Notes under the pieces: model-generated | What the model was told of the DNA's origin: nothing | What the model saw: the letters and a program-made list of their open reading frames with translations, nothing else | Database searches by the model: none | Program-made: the position numbers and the translations under genes | Source: Tidjanibacter sp. | GTDB lineage: Bacteria > Bacteroidota > Bacteroidia > Bacteroidales > Rikenellaceae | DNA: 64,000 nucleotides | Direction: 5' to 3' | Assembly (NCBI GenBank): GCA_034102025.1 | Contig: JAXEIN010000013.1 | Coordinates: 75,300 to 139,299 of the forward strand | Part shown: piece by piece, positions 18,301 through 27,619 of the stretch | How positions within the stretch are numbered: position 1 is the first letter of the stretch | Layout: the number at the start of each line of letters is the position of its first letter

Positions 18301-18664
18301 GAGCAACGTCCATTCGTGTGGTTGCCGTCTGCTCGTGATCCTTATAACCCAAATAGGAGAATACCAGCACGGTGCCCTGCGGAACGGTAATCTGAAAAGT
18401 ACCGTCTTTTTTCGACGAAATGCCGCCGCTGTCAGATCCCTTTATACTAATGGTAGCTCCAATCAGAGGGTCGCCTGCGGTATCGGTCACCAGACCGCTC
18501 ACATTGATCGACTTCTTCTTGGATTGAGCCGACGCCGTAGACCCGATGTCGACAGGTTCCAACACAGGGAGTGCCAACACCGCCAGAAGTAACAACATTA
18601 CTCCTTTGAGCAGAGTCGTTCCGATTCTGTGACGTGAAGTTCCTTTGTAGAATTCATTCATCAT
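15347..18664 (-). CDS. SusC/RagA-family TonB-dependent receptor
   Basis: 1105 aa. It has CarboxypepD_reg (VSGLVTDTAGDPLIGATISIKG) and plug motifs (EDVVVVGYTKQ, VIRGNTSL, PLYIVDGIP, ILKDAAATAIYGSRGANGVVIITTRKG). The C-terminus ends in F. Confidence 0.92.
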   Translation of the reverse strand: MMNEFYKGTSRHRIGTTLLKGVMLLLLAVLALPVLEPVDIGSTASAQSKKKSINVSGLVTDTAGDPLIGATISIKGSDSGGISSKKDGTFQITVPQGTVLVFSYLGYKDHEQTATTRMDVALETDAQQMEDVVVVGYTKQSMREVSASVAKIDMKALENNSSVSLATMLSGQAAGLQTVIRSGVPGASNTGIVIRGNTSLSSSNDITGISNPLYIVDGIPMSLQDIAGYNVTDNDFLASLNPQDIQSIDILKDAAATAIYGSRGANGVVIITTRKGMSGDARITARISQGVITRPAKLAVYVGQEEREAKIAILQKTLTNLYGDMDWFDIRQSSLLEILGYALPAVLTDKYNPAFNNAYDYQSMFYQNGSSQNYDLSMEGGNNSNSYRVSLGRYEESGVLVGYGLSRTNFSSSLVTDINKHFHNELVVRYSYLDRRGGLNDQMKAMPTSPTELPSSLFYRTDEELKQLSGQLGDAYNKNESHNLSIGETLRIKILDNLSIDNQLSSVLDFGKRDYFIPSTATNDGRSLANSYSSATTTTNASSVINYNTTFGKNDEHAFVALLGAELNTSTLNQLRVEAIDGMSDYLKVVQGYKKENTYGYSDIVTSNMLSFFTMLSYGYKENRYKIEGVFRRDGSSRFGANNKWANFPSLKVHWAFSEEDFMAGTKSWLDFAKLRVSYGTSGDIYYDPLLQYNSLLALSSISGGLGSVSSNQMDVKTYGSKLALVSDFNKIANKDLSWSRSKEINYGADIEMFGRRLNLTVDLYSKYLSDMIYSSTLPKYVGFNQLSSNLVDMVSNGYEVSLTGYLFPRTSKVQWDFTLNLAHNTTIIAKMGNNGRDYINADSNYAFVVGAPAFQYYMYEYAGALDEYSDLPVDPFTGEALKYTYADAGLGRNLQGRIFPGMPIFTDVNGDYLVDGSYSSTDTKIIANKSAEPKITGGLSTCFRYKDLSIRINSSFAFGHWIFNTTLQQQLSRFDSSQDFYQYALYKFDDSMFWSAPGDGSYYPMIYVDYMDGGSARTFRVSSMFLEPGDYWNIDNLTISYNLPQRWTKAINMRGINVYATGSNLFMWKRSQVLDPRMVSRTGFYNGSGYPISKTFTFGVQLQF

Positions 18665-18728
18665 AATTAAATCTGTTATGTGTTAATAGTTCTTTGTATG
18701 ATATGGTAGTTAAATGTGTGTCGGCGAA

Positions 18729-20756
18729 TCATTTTTTAATCACCGGAAACTCCGATATGCGCAATGTCGTGCAGCCGTAAGGAACAAGTTCAACCGTTTC
18801 GACCGCAGCGTTGCCCACGCCAAAGCCATAGGTCATATTGCCATAGGGCTGCGGCCCTGCCATCTGATTGTAGAGCGTCCAAGAGGGTATCTCCCTGGCT
18901 TGTGCCTTAATGGTTATGGGTGCCGATTCGAGATTCCAATACCAGTCGGAATTGAGCTTCGACTCATCGACCACAACCTCAAAGGCCTCTGCAAGGTTAT
19001 CGTTTTCAACCTGCATCAGGCCATAGTTCCATTTCGATTTGGGATAGACCTCCCAATATGTTGTACCATAGATTGAGGGGAGTTTTTCGAACGTTTTGCA
19101 CTGCCACTCCTCTTCGATACGCAGAGCATAGACCAGTGGGCCGCGCTCAACCGATATCGATTTTTCGTACCACTCGTCGGTATGAACCGACATCGGCAGC
19201 TCCATTTCAACAACATCGCCGTCACGCCACGTGCGCTCAATCACCGTCACCGAATTGGGCTCAGAGCACTCTACCCTCTCGCCATTAACCGTAATGACGG
19301 CCGCAGAAGTCCACGAAGGAATGCGCAACGAGAGCGGAAAAGCCACCTTGCGATTACGCGCGAGCGATATGGTGAACCTTATGGTATTGCCCATCGGGTA
19401 GGTAGTCTGCTCGGTAATCTTTATTGGAACATCTTTGCCAACCACGCTCTCGACCGTCGAGGGGCCGTAGCTCAATGCTGCCAAGCCGCCGTTTGGGGTC
19501 GAATACCAAAGATTTTGCACGAATTTAGGCCAACCCTGATGAAGATTCGAAGTACAGCAAGGGTAGCCTGTCAGCAGACCGAAAACCAAATCTGTTTGAC
19601 CGTGATTGATATCGAAATTACGCTCCGAGCGCGATATGTAGACCTGATTGGCTTGTTGAAAATACTGACGAGCCATAAAATCGTCCGAAATCTGTGTCGG
19701 CAGCGCATTGAAAGCTATGCGTTCGAGCAGGTCGACATAGTCCAAATTGCCGGTAATTTTGGTCATCTCTTCGAGCGAGTACATCATCTCGACGGCGGAG
19801 CACAACTCCGAACCCTGCGTGGGGTTGTTGCCGTGCAGCAGTTCGTCGCCACCAAACATTCCGTTTGGGAAACCGTTGAAGTGGCGTAAATCGGCCAATC
19901 CCTTCTCGACTGCTTGAAGGTATTTTTGCTGAGGATTCAGCTGCCAATATATAACAGGTTCCTTGATGCCTTGTGCCAAATTAACTCCGTGTATGGTTGC
20001 CGTATGGTTCAACGACTCGCCATCGAGAAAGAAACCGGTATAATCGAAACTCTGAGCGTGGAGCAGTTCGCCCAATTCGAGCAGGAACTCGTCGCCCGTG
20101 ATGCGGTAGAGCCACAAAACCACATTCAGGTTATCGCAAGCACGATACTCGGCCCACGAAGTCCAATGACCAAGCGGCTTTGTCGGCAGAGTCTGCAACT
20201 GATATCGGAAGTAGGCTGTCAAGAATTCGACCACGCGGCTATCGCCCGTTGCCGAATAGTATTGTTGCAAGACTTTGAGCATCACCATTCGCGGCCACCA
20301 ATCGGCCGAATTGTTGCGCTGCAAACCACGTTCGTAGAGGTAATCGGTGGCAGGCCCAAAGTAGCCGTCTTCACGTTGGCTGGCAAGCGTCCACTCGATC
20401 CAGGGCTGCACTTTTGCCTTCAACTCGTCATCGTCGAGAATATAGGCCAAAGGCAACAAGCCGTCGATCCAATAGGGGCCGCGCTCCCACTGGTCACCGT
20501 CGCCGCCCAACCAACCGTTGCGCTCGCCCATAACCTCGGGATAAAGTGTATCCATCTGCGAACTCATTCCGTTGCGCTGACGCATAAGCATCTCGTGCAA
20601 CCAGCCTTCGGGCTTTATTGATCCGAGCGGCAACTCCTGATAAGCTTTGCTGTGTAGCTGCATTGTTCTGTTTTTTGTGGTAGCATTGATCCTGCCGGTT
20701 GATAATAGCAACAACAGGGTGCTCAAAACAAGAAATATTCGGTTGTGTGCAGTCAT
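18729..20756 (-). CDS. DUF1680-superfamily glycoside hydrolase (GH127/GH146-like, divergent)
   Basis: 675 aa with a signal peptide. It keeps the Glu-x-Cys (GSELCSAVE) and Cys-Cys (GYPCCTSNLHQG) motifs that correspond to the Zn/Cys site of GH127 HypBA1-type enzymes. Confidence 0.6.
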   Translation of the reverse strand: MTAHNRIFLVLSTLLLLLSTGRINATTKNRTMQLHSKAYQELPLGSIKPEGWLHEMLMRQRNGMSSQMDTLYPEVMGERNGWLGGDGDQWERGPYWIDGLLPLAYILDDDELKAKVQPWIEWTLASQREDGYFGPATDYLYERGLQRNNSADWWPRMVMLKVLQQYYSATGDSRVVEFLTAYFRYQLQTLPTKPLGHWTSWAEYRACDNLNVVLWLYRITGDEFLLELGELLHAQSFDYTGFFLDGESLNHTATIHGVNLAQGIKEPVIYWQLNPQQKYLQAVEKGLADLRHFNGFPNGMFGGDELLHGNNPTQGSELCSAVEMMYSLEEMTKITGNLDYVDLLERIAFNALPTQISDDFMARQYFQQANQVYISRSERNFDINHGQTDLVFGLLTGYPCCTSNLHQGWPKFVQNLWYSTPNGGLAALSYGPSTVESVVGKDVPIKITEQTTYPMGNTIRFTISLARNRKVAFPLSLRIPSWTSAAVITVNGERVECSEPNSVTVIERTWRDGDVVEMELPMSVHTDEWYEKSISVERGPLVYALRIEEEWQCKTFEKLPSIYGTTYWEVYPKSKWNYGLMQVENDNLAEAFEVVVDESKLNSDWYWNLESAPITIKAQAREIPSWTLYNQMAGPQPYGNMTYGFGVGNAAVETVELVPYGCTTLRISEFPVIKK

Positions 20757-20777
20757 CTGTATAAATGTATAATTGTA

Positions 20778-22634
20778 TTATTCGTCGTATCTCACCCAAA
20801 CCTCCATACCGCCGGCCTCACGGTTGTCCCAACTGTAATAGGGGACGAATGTAAGGGTAGTCGCGGCCGTTGTTGCCACAATCTTTTCGACACCGCCGAG
20901 CAGTTGAGGACAAAATTCGGTGGTGAAGGTGGTTTCGGGCGAAATGGTTGCGTTGTCAAATCCGGCATTGTCGGTCTGCTCGATGCAGTAGACTATCGGG
21001 CCGCGCCGAATCGAACGACGTCCGACATCGGCTTTAACGCGTGGGTCGGCAGCCACTACTTCGACAGGCATATCCATCGTAAAGACCACCTTGTCGCCCT
21101 TGTGCCAGCGACGTTCAACAACCAAATAGCCTTTGTCGGTGGTAAACGCTGTGTTCTGTCCGTTCAATTCGAGCGAGAAATCTTTGCACCACCGTGGAAG
21201 ACGCAATCGCAGAGCGAACTTGGCGCTGCGCGCCGGGTCGACAGCAATCTCCACTCGGCCGTCCCACGGATAGAGTGTGGTTTGCGAAATCGATACCTTG
21301 GTACCCGAAATGGTCGGCTCGGTCTGACTGCCAATAAACAGGTTCACCCATAGTGCATCGTCCGAAATGGCATAAATATAGTTACCTATCGAGGGCAGAA
21401 AACGCGAAATCTGACTCGGGCAGCAGGCCGTACCATACCACGCCTTGCGGTGGTGGTCGCCCGACGAGTAGAGCGGATTGACATAGAAGAAGCGGCCGCC
21501 CGAGAGCGATATGCCTGCCAGAGCACCATTATACATCGAGCGTTCGAGCACATCGACGTAACGTCCCTCGCCTTTGAGCATATTCATTCGCTGGTTCCAC
21601 ATCACCATACCGACCGAAGCGCACGTTTCGCAATAGGCATCTTCGTTGGGCAGATCGTAGCCCTCGGTGAAGCCCTCGTTGTGGCGCGACGACCCGATGC
21701 CGCCCGTAACATACATCTTGGTCAGCACCACATCGTCCCAAAGACGGTCGAGCGCCGGAATGTATGATTCGTCACCTGTTGCAGCGGCATAGTCGGCCAT
21801 ACCCGTAAAGAGATACATAGCACGAACGGCGTGACCGCTGATCTGTTCCAATTCGGCTACCGGGTGCAAATCCTGGTAGTAGTCTTTGGCGCGCCAATCG
21901 GCCTTGTTACGGCCACGCTCTTCAAGCAGCCAATGCGACAATTTGAGGTAGCGTTTTTGACCCGTAGTACGGTAGAGTTTAATCAGAGCCAATTCGATTT
22001 CGGGGTGACCGGGAACCCAGTCGCGTTTGTCGGGGCCAAAAGTGCGGTCAAAAAAATCGGCATACTTTATGGCCACGTCCAACAACGACCTTTTGCCTGT
22101 TGCGTTATAGAAAGCGATAGCCGCCTCAATCAGGTGCCCGCAGCAGTACATCTCGTGCTTGTCCATATCCGTCAGACGTTGGTCGAGATTGCCCAGAATA
22201 TAGTAGGTACTCAGGTAGCCGTCGGCCATCTGCGCTCCTGCAATCTTGGCAATGATACCGTCCAACTTCGATTCCAGTTCGGGATTAGGGTTGTTCATCA
22301 GCGAGTACGAAGCCCCTTCAATCATTTTGTAGAGATCCGAATCGTCGTAGAAGAGCCCTTGGAAACTGCCCTCCTGCATACCTGCGGCAATGGCAAAGTT
22401 GTCGATACGATGAGTCTCGTTCTCGCATTGGTTCAGGCAGGCAGGCAACGTCACCGAAGCGTGGGTTTTGAGCCGCGGTTGCCAAAACGAGTCTGAAATC
22501 TGCACCTGCGAAAAGTCGACAGGTTCGTTCTGCCCGACAATGTCGTTTTGGGGTTGGCAAGAAACAAAGGCTGCTACGGTCGATGCCATTGACAGCAACA
22601 ACAAGCCACGAAATATTCTCTTAATTTGGTTCAT
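20778..22634 (-). CDS. Glycoside hydrolase family 127 (beta-L-arabinofuranosidase-type, DUF1680)
   Basis: 618 aa with lipobox AAFVSC. Blocks are SDSFWQPRL, CCGHLIEAAIAFY, GHPEIELALIKLY, ISGHAVRAMY, AYCETCASVGMVMW and TACCPSQISRF. Confidence 0.8.
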   Translation of the reverse strand: MNQIKRIFRGLLLLSMASTVAAFVSCQPQNDIVGQNEPVDFSQVQISDSFWQPRLKTHASVTLPACLNQCENETHRIDNFAIAAGMQEGSFQGLFYDDSDLYKMIEGASYSLMNNPNPELESKLDGIIAKIAGAQMADGYLSTYYILGNLDQRLTDMDKHEMYCCGHLIEAAIAFYNATGKRSLLDVAIKYADFFDRTFGPDKRDWVPGHPEIELALIKLYRTTGQKRYLKLSHWLLEERGRNKADWRAKDYYQDLHPVAELEQISGHAVRAMYLFTGMADYAAATGDESYIPALDRLWDDVVLTKMYVTGGIGSSRHNEGFTEGYDLPNEDAYCETCASVGMVMWNQRMNMLKGEGRYVDVLERSMYNGALAGISLSGGRFFYVNPLYSSGDHHRKAWYGTACCPSQISRFLPSIGNYIYAISDDALWVNLFIGSQTEPTISGTKVSISQTTLYPWDGRVEIAVDPARSAKFALRLRLPRWCKDFSLELNGQNTAFTTDKGYLVVERRWHKGDKVVFTMDMPVEVVAADPRVKADVGRRSIRRGPIVYCIEQTDNAGFDNATISPETTFTTEFCPQLLGGVEKIVATTAATTLTFVPYYSWDNREAGGMEVWVRYDE

Positions 22635-22714
22635 CTGTTTTGGGCCTTTTTTGATGTTTCAAAGTAAATTGTTTGATTGGCTATTTTGGAGCAGAATCGT
22701 ATCAAAAAAAAGTA

Positions 22715-25700
22715 CTATTTAGGCAGAGCATTGATTTTAATCTCTTTTCGGCAATATGTCTGATCGGAGTGAGGCATTTTGACTGCCACGCAAACCGTTG
22801 AATCGGCATTGTAGCTAACCACCTTTGCCCCCTCGATCGAGGCATATCCCGCCGGAAGGTATAATTCGAGCAGGTTTTCCGAGTCCGAACGTCCCGCAAG
22901 TTCGACCGTCAACACTCCGTCGACTATCTGTTGGTTCATCAATCTGAAACCAACCGAAAGAGCATCGCGGCGAGGCGTAACGACAGGCACAAGTGCCGCC
23001 ATAGTCTCGTCGACATCAATTACGAGCGTAGCCTTGCCACTGAGCGAGAGTCGCGTTTTTAAGGTCAAAAAGTCGTTGCGATCCGAGATCGAGTAAGGTG
23101 CATTACGACCATCGACCACTACTCGTTTGATGGTTGAATGAGCCGGCAATATGGGCGAAAAGTCAAGTTCGACGGGCGAATCGGAGGTAAACTCGTAACA
23201 AACCGTACCGCGTCTTTTGGTCATCTTCATCGACAACGACGAATCGCCAATACGCATATTGTCGACCTCGAAGTTCTGCCAATCGTAGGGCAGACGTGGC
23301 GAAAGCGAGGCCGATTTGGCACAGGCATCGGGCTCGAAACCAAGCACTCCTCTGACCATTGTCAACTGGGCCATAGCCTCCGACCAGCATTGATGAAGCG
23401 TAATTCCGCTACTGCGATAGTAATCGCCGTTTATCACCTCGGGTATTCGTCCCAACGCCTGACTCTTGTAATATTGGAGATTATCGGCCACGGTTGCATA
23501 ACCTTGGTCATACAGCCCCGTTTTATACTCGGCCAGACCGACCCAACCCGTATAGAGCGGCCAAACATTGCGTGGGGTATAGGCTCCGCCGTCCTCTATT
23601 TTCGAGAACTCGCTAAGGGTACGCACACCCCAATCGGTAGTGATTGAGGGGTCGGCAAACTGTCGCGACATCTGCTTTGAACGCTCGGCATCGACCACCC
23701 CAAGAAGTATGGGGGCTGCGGGCAGAACCAAAAACGGTTCGGTATAGGTATCGTCGGCGCGCAGTGCGTAGTTGTAGTAGCCCTTCTCGTTCCAAAAGCC
23801 CTCCATTGCGGGCGCAATAGCTTCGTAATCGGCCATATAGCGTTTCGATTTGGCTTTGTCGCCGCACTGTTCTGCTATGTATGATGCATCGCGCAAGGCA
23901 GCACGATAGGTGCCACACAGATACATTTCGGTCTGCGAGCCAAAGAGTTCGCCTCCCTCCAAAAAGCCGTGGCCCACATTGCTGATTTCGATCAGGCCGT
24001 CGCCGTCGGTATCGGTCGAGTAGCAGTAATCCATAGCTTTGTGAACGGCCGCAATATTTTTGCGCACAAACTCCAAATCACCCGACGAGCGCAGGTAGTC
24101 GGCCATCAGCACCACAAAGAGCGGTGTGGCGTCCGATGCATCGAAGTGGGCAACGCCACAAGTCATCAGTTCGTGATAAATCTTGCCGTCGACCTGTTGA
24201 TATTTTATAAAGGTTTCGAGCACATTGCGCACGGTTTCGAAGTCGCCCATTGCATCGAAGGCCAGACCCGACCAAGCGGCATCGCGCCCAAAGTACCACG
24301 CATAACCCGGACGACCGCTGACCCGGTGTCCGCCACCCCACCCTCGTCGCGACGAGGAGTATCCGGCCATCAGCGAGCGGCCGATCGAGGGGGTGTCGAC
24401 AATAAATTGCGACGACGAGACGGCAGCCCAACGCAACGACTCATTAAGCAAGCTGTCGGGAGTCTCGATTGAAAGCTGTTGCCCCAAATATCGATCGTAA
24501 TATTCCGCGGCATCATTGACAATGGTCGAGGGGCTTAGCATAGCAGCTGCGTATGACTCCAAAGCATCTTCTTCGCCAGTGCTGCCTGCCACCATAACCA
24601 CGTCGAGCGAACCGACGCCCTCGGTCGAACATATCATCGAGCAAGAGGTTTGCAGCAATTCTGTATCGACGGCGTTGACCTTTCGGTTTTCGTAACTAAA
24701 ACCGTTGTAACGGCCTGCCTTCATCACACGCAGCGGCAGATTGGCGCCCACTATCGATACCATTTCGCGATTGGCATCACGAGTGACAAAGCCATTGAGT
24801 TCATTCGAGAAAGTGTAGTACAGCGACCCGAGAGCATCGGAGTCGTAAGGCCACATAAATCGCAGGTTCGATTTGAAATCGGTAATAATGTTGGCTATTC
24901 GGCCGTCCTGCCAATCGTAGTGCACAACCGTCACTCCATCGTCGATTGCCGAAGTGATTGTTTCGGTCAGCTCCACCCCTTCGACAGAGTAGTGGCGGAC
25001 AACAGCATAGGGGTATATCTCGAACCGCGGTCGGAGGTCGGAGAGGCATATCAGCTCGCCGCGCCCCTCTAAATCGACCCAAACACGGTAATCGCGCAAC
25101 GACATAATTGGGTGAGTCCATATCTCCTCAATTCCTCCACACTCATTACCAACAATCATTGAGCGGTGCGTGGGCAGGTCGAAATAGAAATTCTCTGCCT
25201 CCCTCGAAAGCCGGTATTCCGATTGAGGGAGAATCAGCTTTTGTGGGGCAGCTATTCTGACCGGTGAATACTCGGCTGCACAAATCGAACACTCGCCCGC
25301 AGAGTGTTCGTGCGAAGGGCATACTGTAACAGGCGAATAGTCCCAATAACGCTCCTCGGATTGGAACTCACGGCCGCCAAGATACGACAGTGTGTTGAGC
25401 GTAAAGCGTTTGAGAATCTCTCGATGAAAATTTTCGCGATTGTAGTATAGGCAACCGCCAACAGCCAAAAATTCGCCTTCACCATAGGGGGTCTGCCAAA
25501 TGAGCTTCTTATCGGGACGGTTGAAGATGTACTCCCACTGGGTGGCAACAACACGTGCACCCTCGGCCTTGGGCAGATTATCGCCCGTAAAACCGTTGAG
25601 GACACAAACATTATCGACCTTTCCGTGCCACGTGTAAGCGCCGCCAAACAGCCCGTCGAATATCGGGTGACTGCGATAAGCCTGAAATCCGAGTTTGCGC

Positions 25701-26104
25701 CCATAGCCTTCGTCGACAGCGTCGTAGGTATAGGTTTCGATCTGTTGCGGTTCAATGCCGCATAGGTTGAGCAGATGCACCGCGTCCATCGAGAGCAATA
25801 CCTTGCCGCCGCGCGAAACATAGTCAAGCAGTGAGCTGCGCAGGCCTTCGCCCAAAGCGGAGGTTTCTATTGTGTCGAGCGTATGGCACCAAACCACATC
25901 GTAATCGTCAAATGATCCCGCGTAGTGGCAGTCTATCAGACAGACATCGACATCAGTCCCTTTCAACAGTTCGACCACTGCCAAGGCTTCGGATTTGGAA
26001 TCGGTGTTGTCGGACACAATATAGCCCACTCGCAGGTCGGCTTGCGAACAAGCTGCCAGCAACAATGCCAAAACAGCTGTTGCGACGCATAACAAATGTT
26101 TCAT
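22715..26104 (-). CDS. Large exported fusion protein: N-terminal class-I-amidotransferase/ThuA-like fold candidate plus C-terminal (alpha/alpha)6 GDE_C-type (glycogen-debranching-like) glycosidase domain
   Basis: 1129 aa with lipobox LLLAAC. The C-terminal block RPGYAWYFGRDAAWS...QQVDGKIYHE...TPLFVVLMADY...DGDGLIE...WPLYTGWVGLAEY...CWSEAM resembles amylo-alpha-1,6-glucosidase/GDE_C barrels. The N-terminal assignment is weaker. Confidence 0.55.
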   Translation of the reverse strand: MKHLLCVATAVLALLLAACSQADLRVGYIVSDNTDSKSEALAVVELLKGTDVDVCLIDCHYAGSFDDYDVVWCHTLDTIETSALGEGLRSSLLDYVSRGGKVLLSMDAVHLLNLCGIEPQQIETYTYDAVDEGYGRKLGFQAYRSHPIFDGLFGGAYTWHGKVDNVCVLNGFTGDNLPKAEGARVVATQWEYIFNRPDKKLIWQTPYGEGEFLAVGGCLYYNRENFHREILKRFTLNTLSYLGGREFQSEERYWDYSPVTVCPSHEHSAGECSICAAEYSPVRIAAPQKLILPQSEYRLSREAENFYFDLPTHRSMIVGNECGGIEEIWTHPIMSLRDYRVWVDLEGRGELICLSDLRPRFEIYPYAVVRHYSVEGVELTETITSAIDDGVTVVHYDWQDGRIANIITDFKSNLRFMWPYDSDALGSLYYTFSNELNGFVTRDANREMVSIVGANLPLRVMKAGRYNGFSYENRKVNAVDTELLQTSCSMICSTEGVGSLDVVMVAGSTGEEDALESYAAAMLSPSTIVNDAAEYYDRYLGQQLSIETPDSLLNESLRWAAVSSSQFIVDTPSIGRSLMAGYSSSRRGWGGGHRVSGRPGYAWYFGRDAAWSGLAFDAMGDFETVRNVLETFIKYQQVDGKIYHELMTCGVAHFDASDATPLFVVLMADYLRSSGDLEFVRKNIAAVHKAMDYCYSTDTDGDGLIEISNVGHGFLEGGELFGSQTEMYLCGTYRAALRDASYIAEQCGDKAKSKRYMADYEAIAPAMEGFWNEKGYYNYALRADDTYTEPFLVLPAAPILLGVVDAERSKQMSRQFADPSITTDWGVRTLSEFSKIEDGGAYTPRNVWPLYTGWVGLAEYKTGLYDQGYATVADNLQYYKSQALGRIPEVINGDYYRSSGITLHQCWSEAMAQLTMVRGVLGFEPDACAKSASLSPRLPYDWQNFEVDNMRIGDSSLSMKMTKRRGTVCYEFTSDSPVELDFSPILPAHSTIKRVVVDGRNAPYSISDRNDFLTLKTRLSLSGKATLVIDVDETMAALVPVVTPRRDALSVGFRLMNQQIVDGVLTVELAGRSDSENLLELYLPAGYASIEGAKVVSYNADSTVCVAVKMPHSDQTYCRKEIKINALPK

Positions 26105-26170
26105 TCTTATCTCTATTATCGGCTCTTTTTTGACGTTCTATTTGGATTCAGGTGTGCGGTACGCAAATCT

Positions 26171-27619
26171 CTATAACTCCATCAGCAGCGTACGTTCATA
26201 ACGCACAGCAGCATTGTAGTCGACAATATAGTACCACCAGTTATTCAGGTGCAAATCCTTCGAATCGGGATTCAGCCCCTTGAAGTGCGGCAAATGGCCG
26301 AAATACCACTTCATATAGCCGTACTGGCCAAATTCCCACTCCGCCGAACTAACGCGACGAGCCTTTGATTTGTCCTCAACAATATTGGGGTAGTTGAACC
26401 ACTCGTCGGCATAGGTATAGATGAGCGAGGAGTTGTTGTAGTCGTAATCCTTCACACCGTTTGGCGGAAAATGGCACAATCCGATATGTGCATAACCCGA
26501 GTCGAAGCGCTCGTAGGTCAATTTGTAGGCGCTGAACTTTTCCCACGTGGTAAGCGCCTGTTTTTTGTTTTTGTACTCATAACGCCAGCCGCCATAAACC
26601 TCGTTCATAATCGATTCAACTCGGTGGGCATAGCTGTGCAGAGCCAAATCGACAGTGCGCTCGTAATTGCAGAACATAACCGTCATAAGGTCTTGGCACG
26701 GGAGGTCGGTAGTGATGCCGGGCGAGTTGCACCAAAAGGCGTTCTTGCCAACCAGCCGCGACTCATACATACCGCTGGCAGGGTGAGTATAGACCCACAC
26801 CTCGTGGAGTTCGCCCCGATCGCGCATAGCTCCAAAGCCGAAGTGGTTGATCATTCCAACATAGTCGTACGACACACCTTCGTTGATGCCCGGAAAGACC
26901 TTCGAATCACAAATAGCCACAAGCTCGTCGGTAGTCAGATAGGGTTTGTCGACCGAGTCGTTGTGATAGGTGTAGAGGTGATCGGCCTCATACTCGCCCA
27001 CAATCTCGTACTTGACAACGCCGTGCGAAATCTCGTCGAAATTCTTCTTGTACTCGGCACATTGGCTCCAAGGGTTGTTCCAATTATAGAGTTCGTGTAT
27101 GCGCTTACCGCCCGTACCCTCGACGATAGGGTCCTCATAGACCACCGCAACCTTAATGGTCAACGGCTCGGCCACGCGCTCTTCGTAGGGGATTACATCG
27201 GGTTCGACGATACGCCGAATTGTAAAATTGCGCACCGAAGTTTCAATATCGGAACCGCTTTTCCACGGTTCAACACTCCAATAGACCACTGTCGAGGCCT
27301 CCGGCTCGACTCCCATTGCGTCAAGCTGCGAATCCATCTCGGGGGCCGACAGTGCATAGCTCTGTGCCGAAACGGGGAGGGTTATCTTTGTTTCGAAATC
27401 TTCCGTAAGGCTCAGAATCAACTTAAAGTTAGTGATTGGCTCGGCAGTCTGCCAGCTGAACCTAACCGAATCGACATCGTTGAGCGCAATATTTCCATCT
27501 TGGAATGGAGTAAGCAGTTCTATTTCGGGCTTATTCTCCGGCGTTTCTACGGGTCTGTCGCACCCGGCCATACCAATTGCTGCAATCAGTACGGCCAATA
27601 TTGTAATAGTCTTTTTCAT
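26171..27619 (-). CDS. Lipoprotein of unknown family, paralog 2 (with extra N-terminal beta-rich module)
   Basis: The track ORF starts at a TTG (27631). I prefer ATG 27619 (MKKTITILAVLIAAIGMAGC), which overlaps the upstream stop as ATGA. It is colinear with 27616..28734 over about 340 aa. Confidence 0.8.
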   Translation of the reverse strand: MKKTITILAVLIAAIGMAGCDRPVETPENKPEIELLTPFQDGNIALNDVDSVRFSWQTAEPITNFKLILSLTEDFETKITLPVSAQSYALSAPEMDSQLDAMGVEPEASTVVYWSVEPWKSGSDIETSVRNFTIRRIVEPDVIPYEERVAEPLTIKVAVVYEDPIVEGTGGKRIHELYNWNNPWSQCAEYKKNFDEISHGVVKYEIVGEYEADHLYTYHNDSVDKPYLTTDELVAICDSKVFPGINEGVSYDYVGMINHFGFGAMRDRGELHEVWVYTHPASGMYESRLVGKNAFWCNSPGITTDLPCQDLMTVMFCNYERTVDLALHSYAHRVESIMNEVYGGWRYEYKNKKQALTTWEKFSAYKLTYERFDSGYAHIGLCHFPPNGVKDYDYNNSSLIYTYADEWFNYPNIVEDKSKARRVSSAEWEFGQYGYMKWYFGHLPHFKGLNPDSKDLHLNNWWYYIVDYNAAVRYERTLLMEL

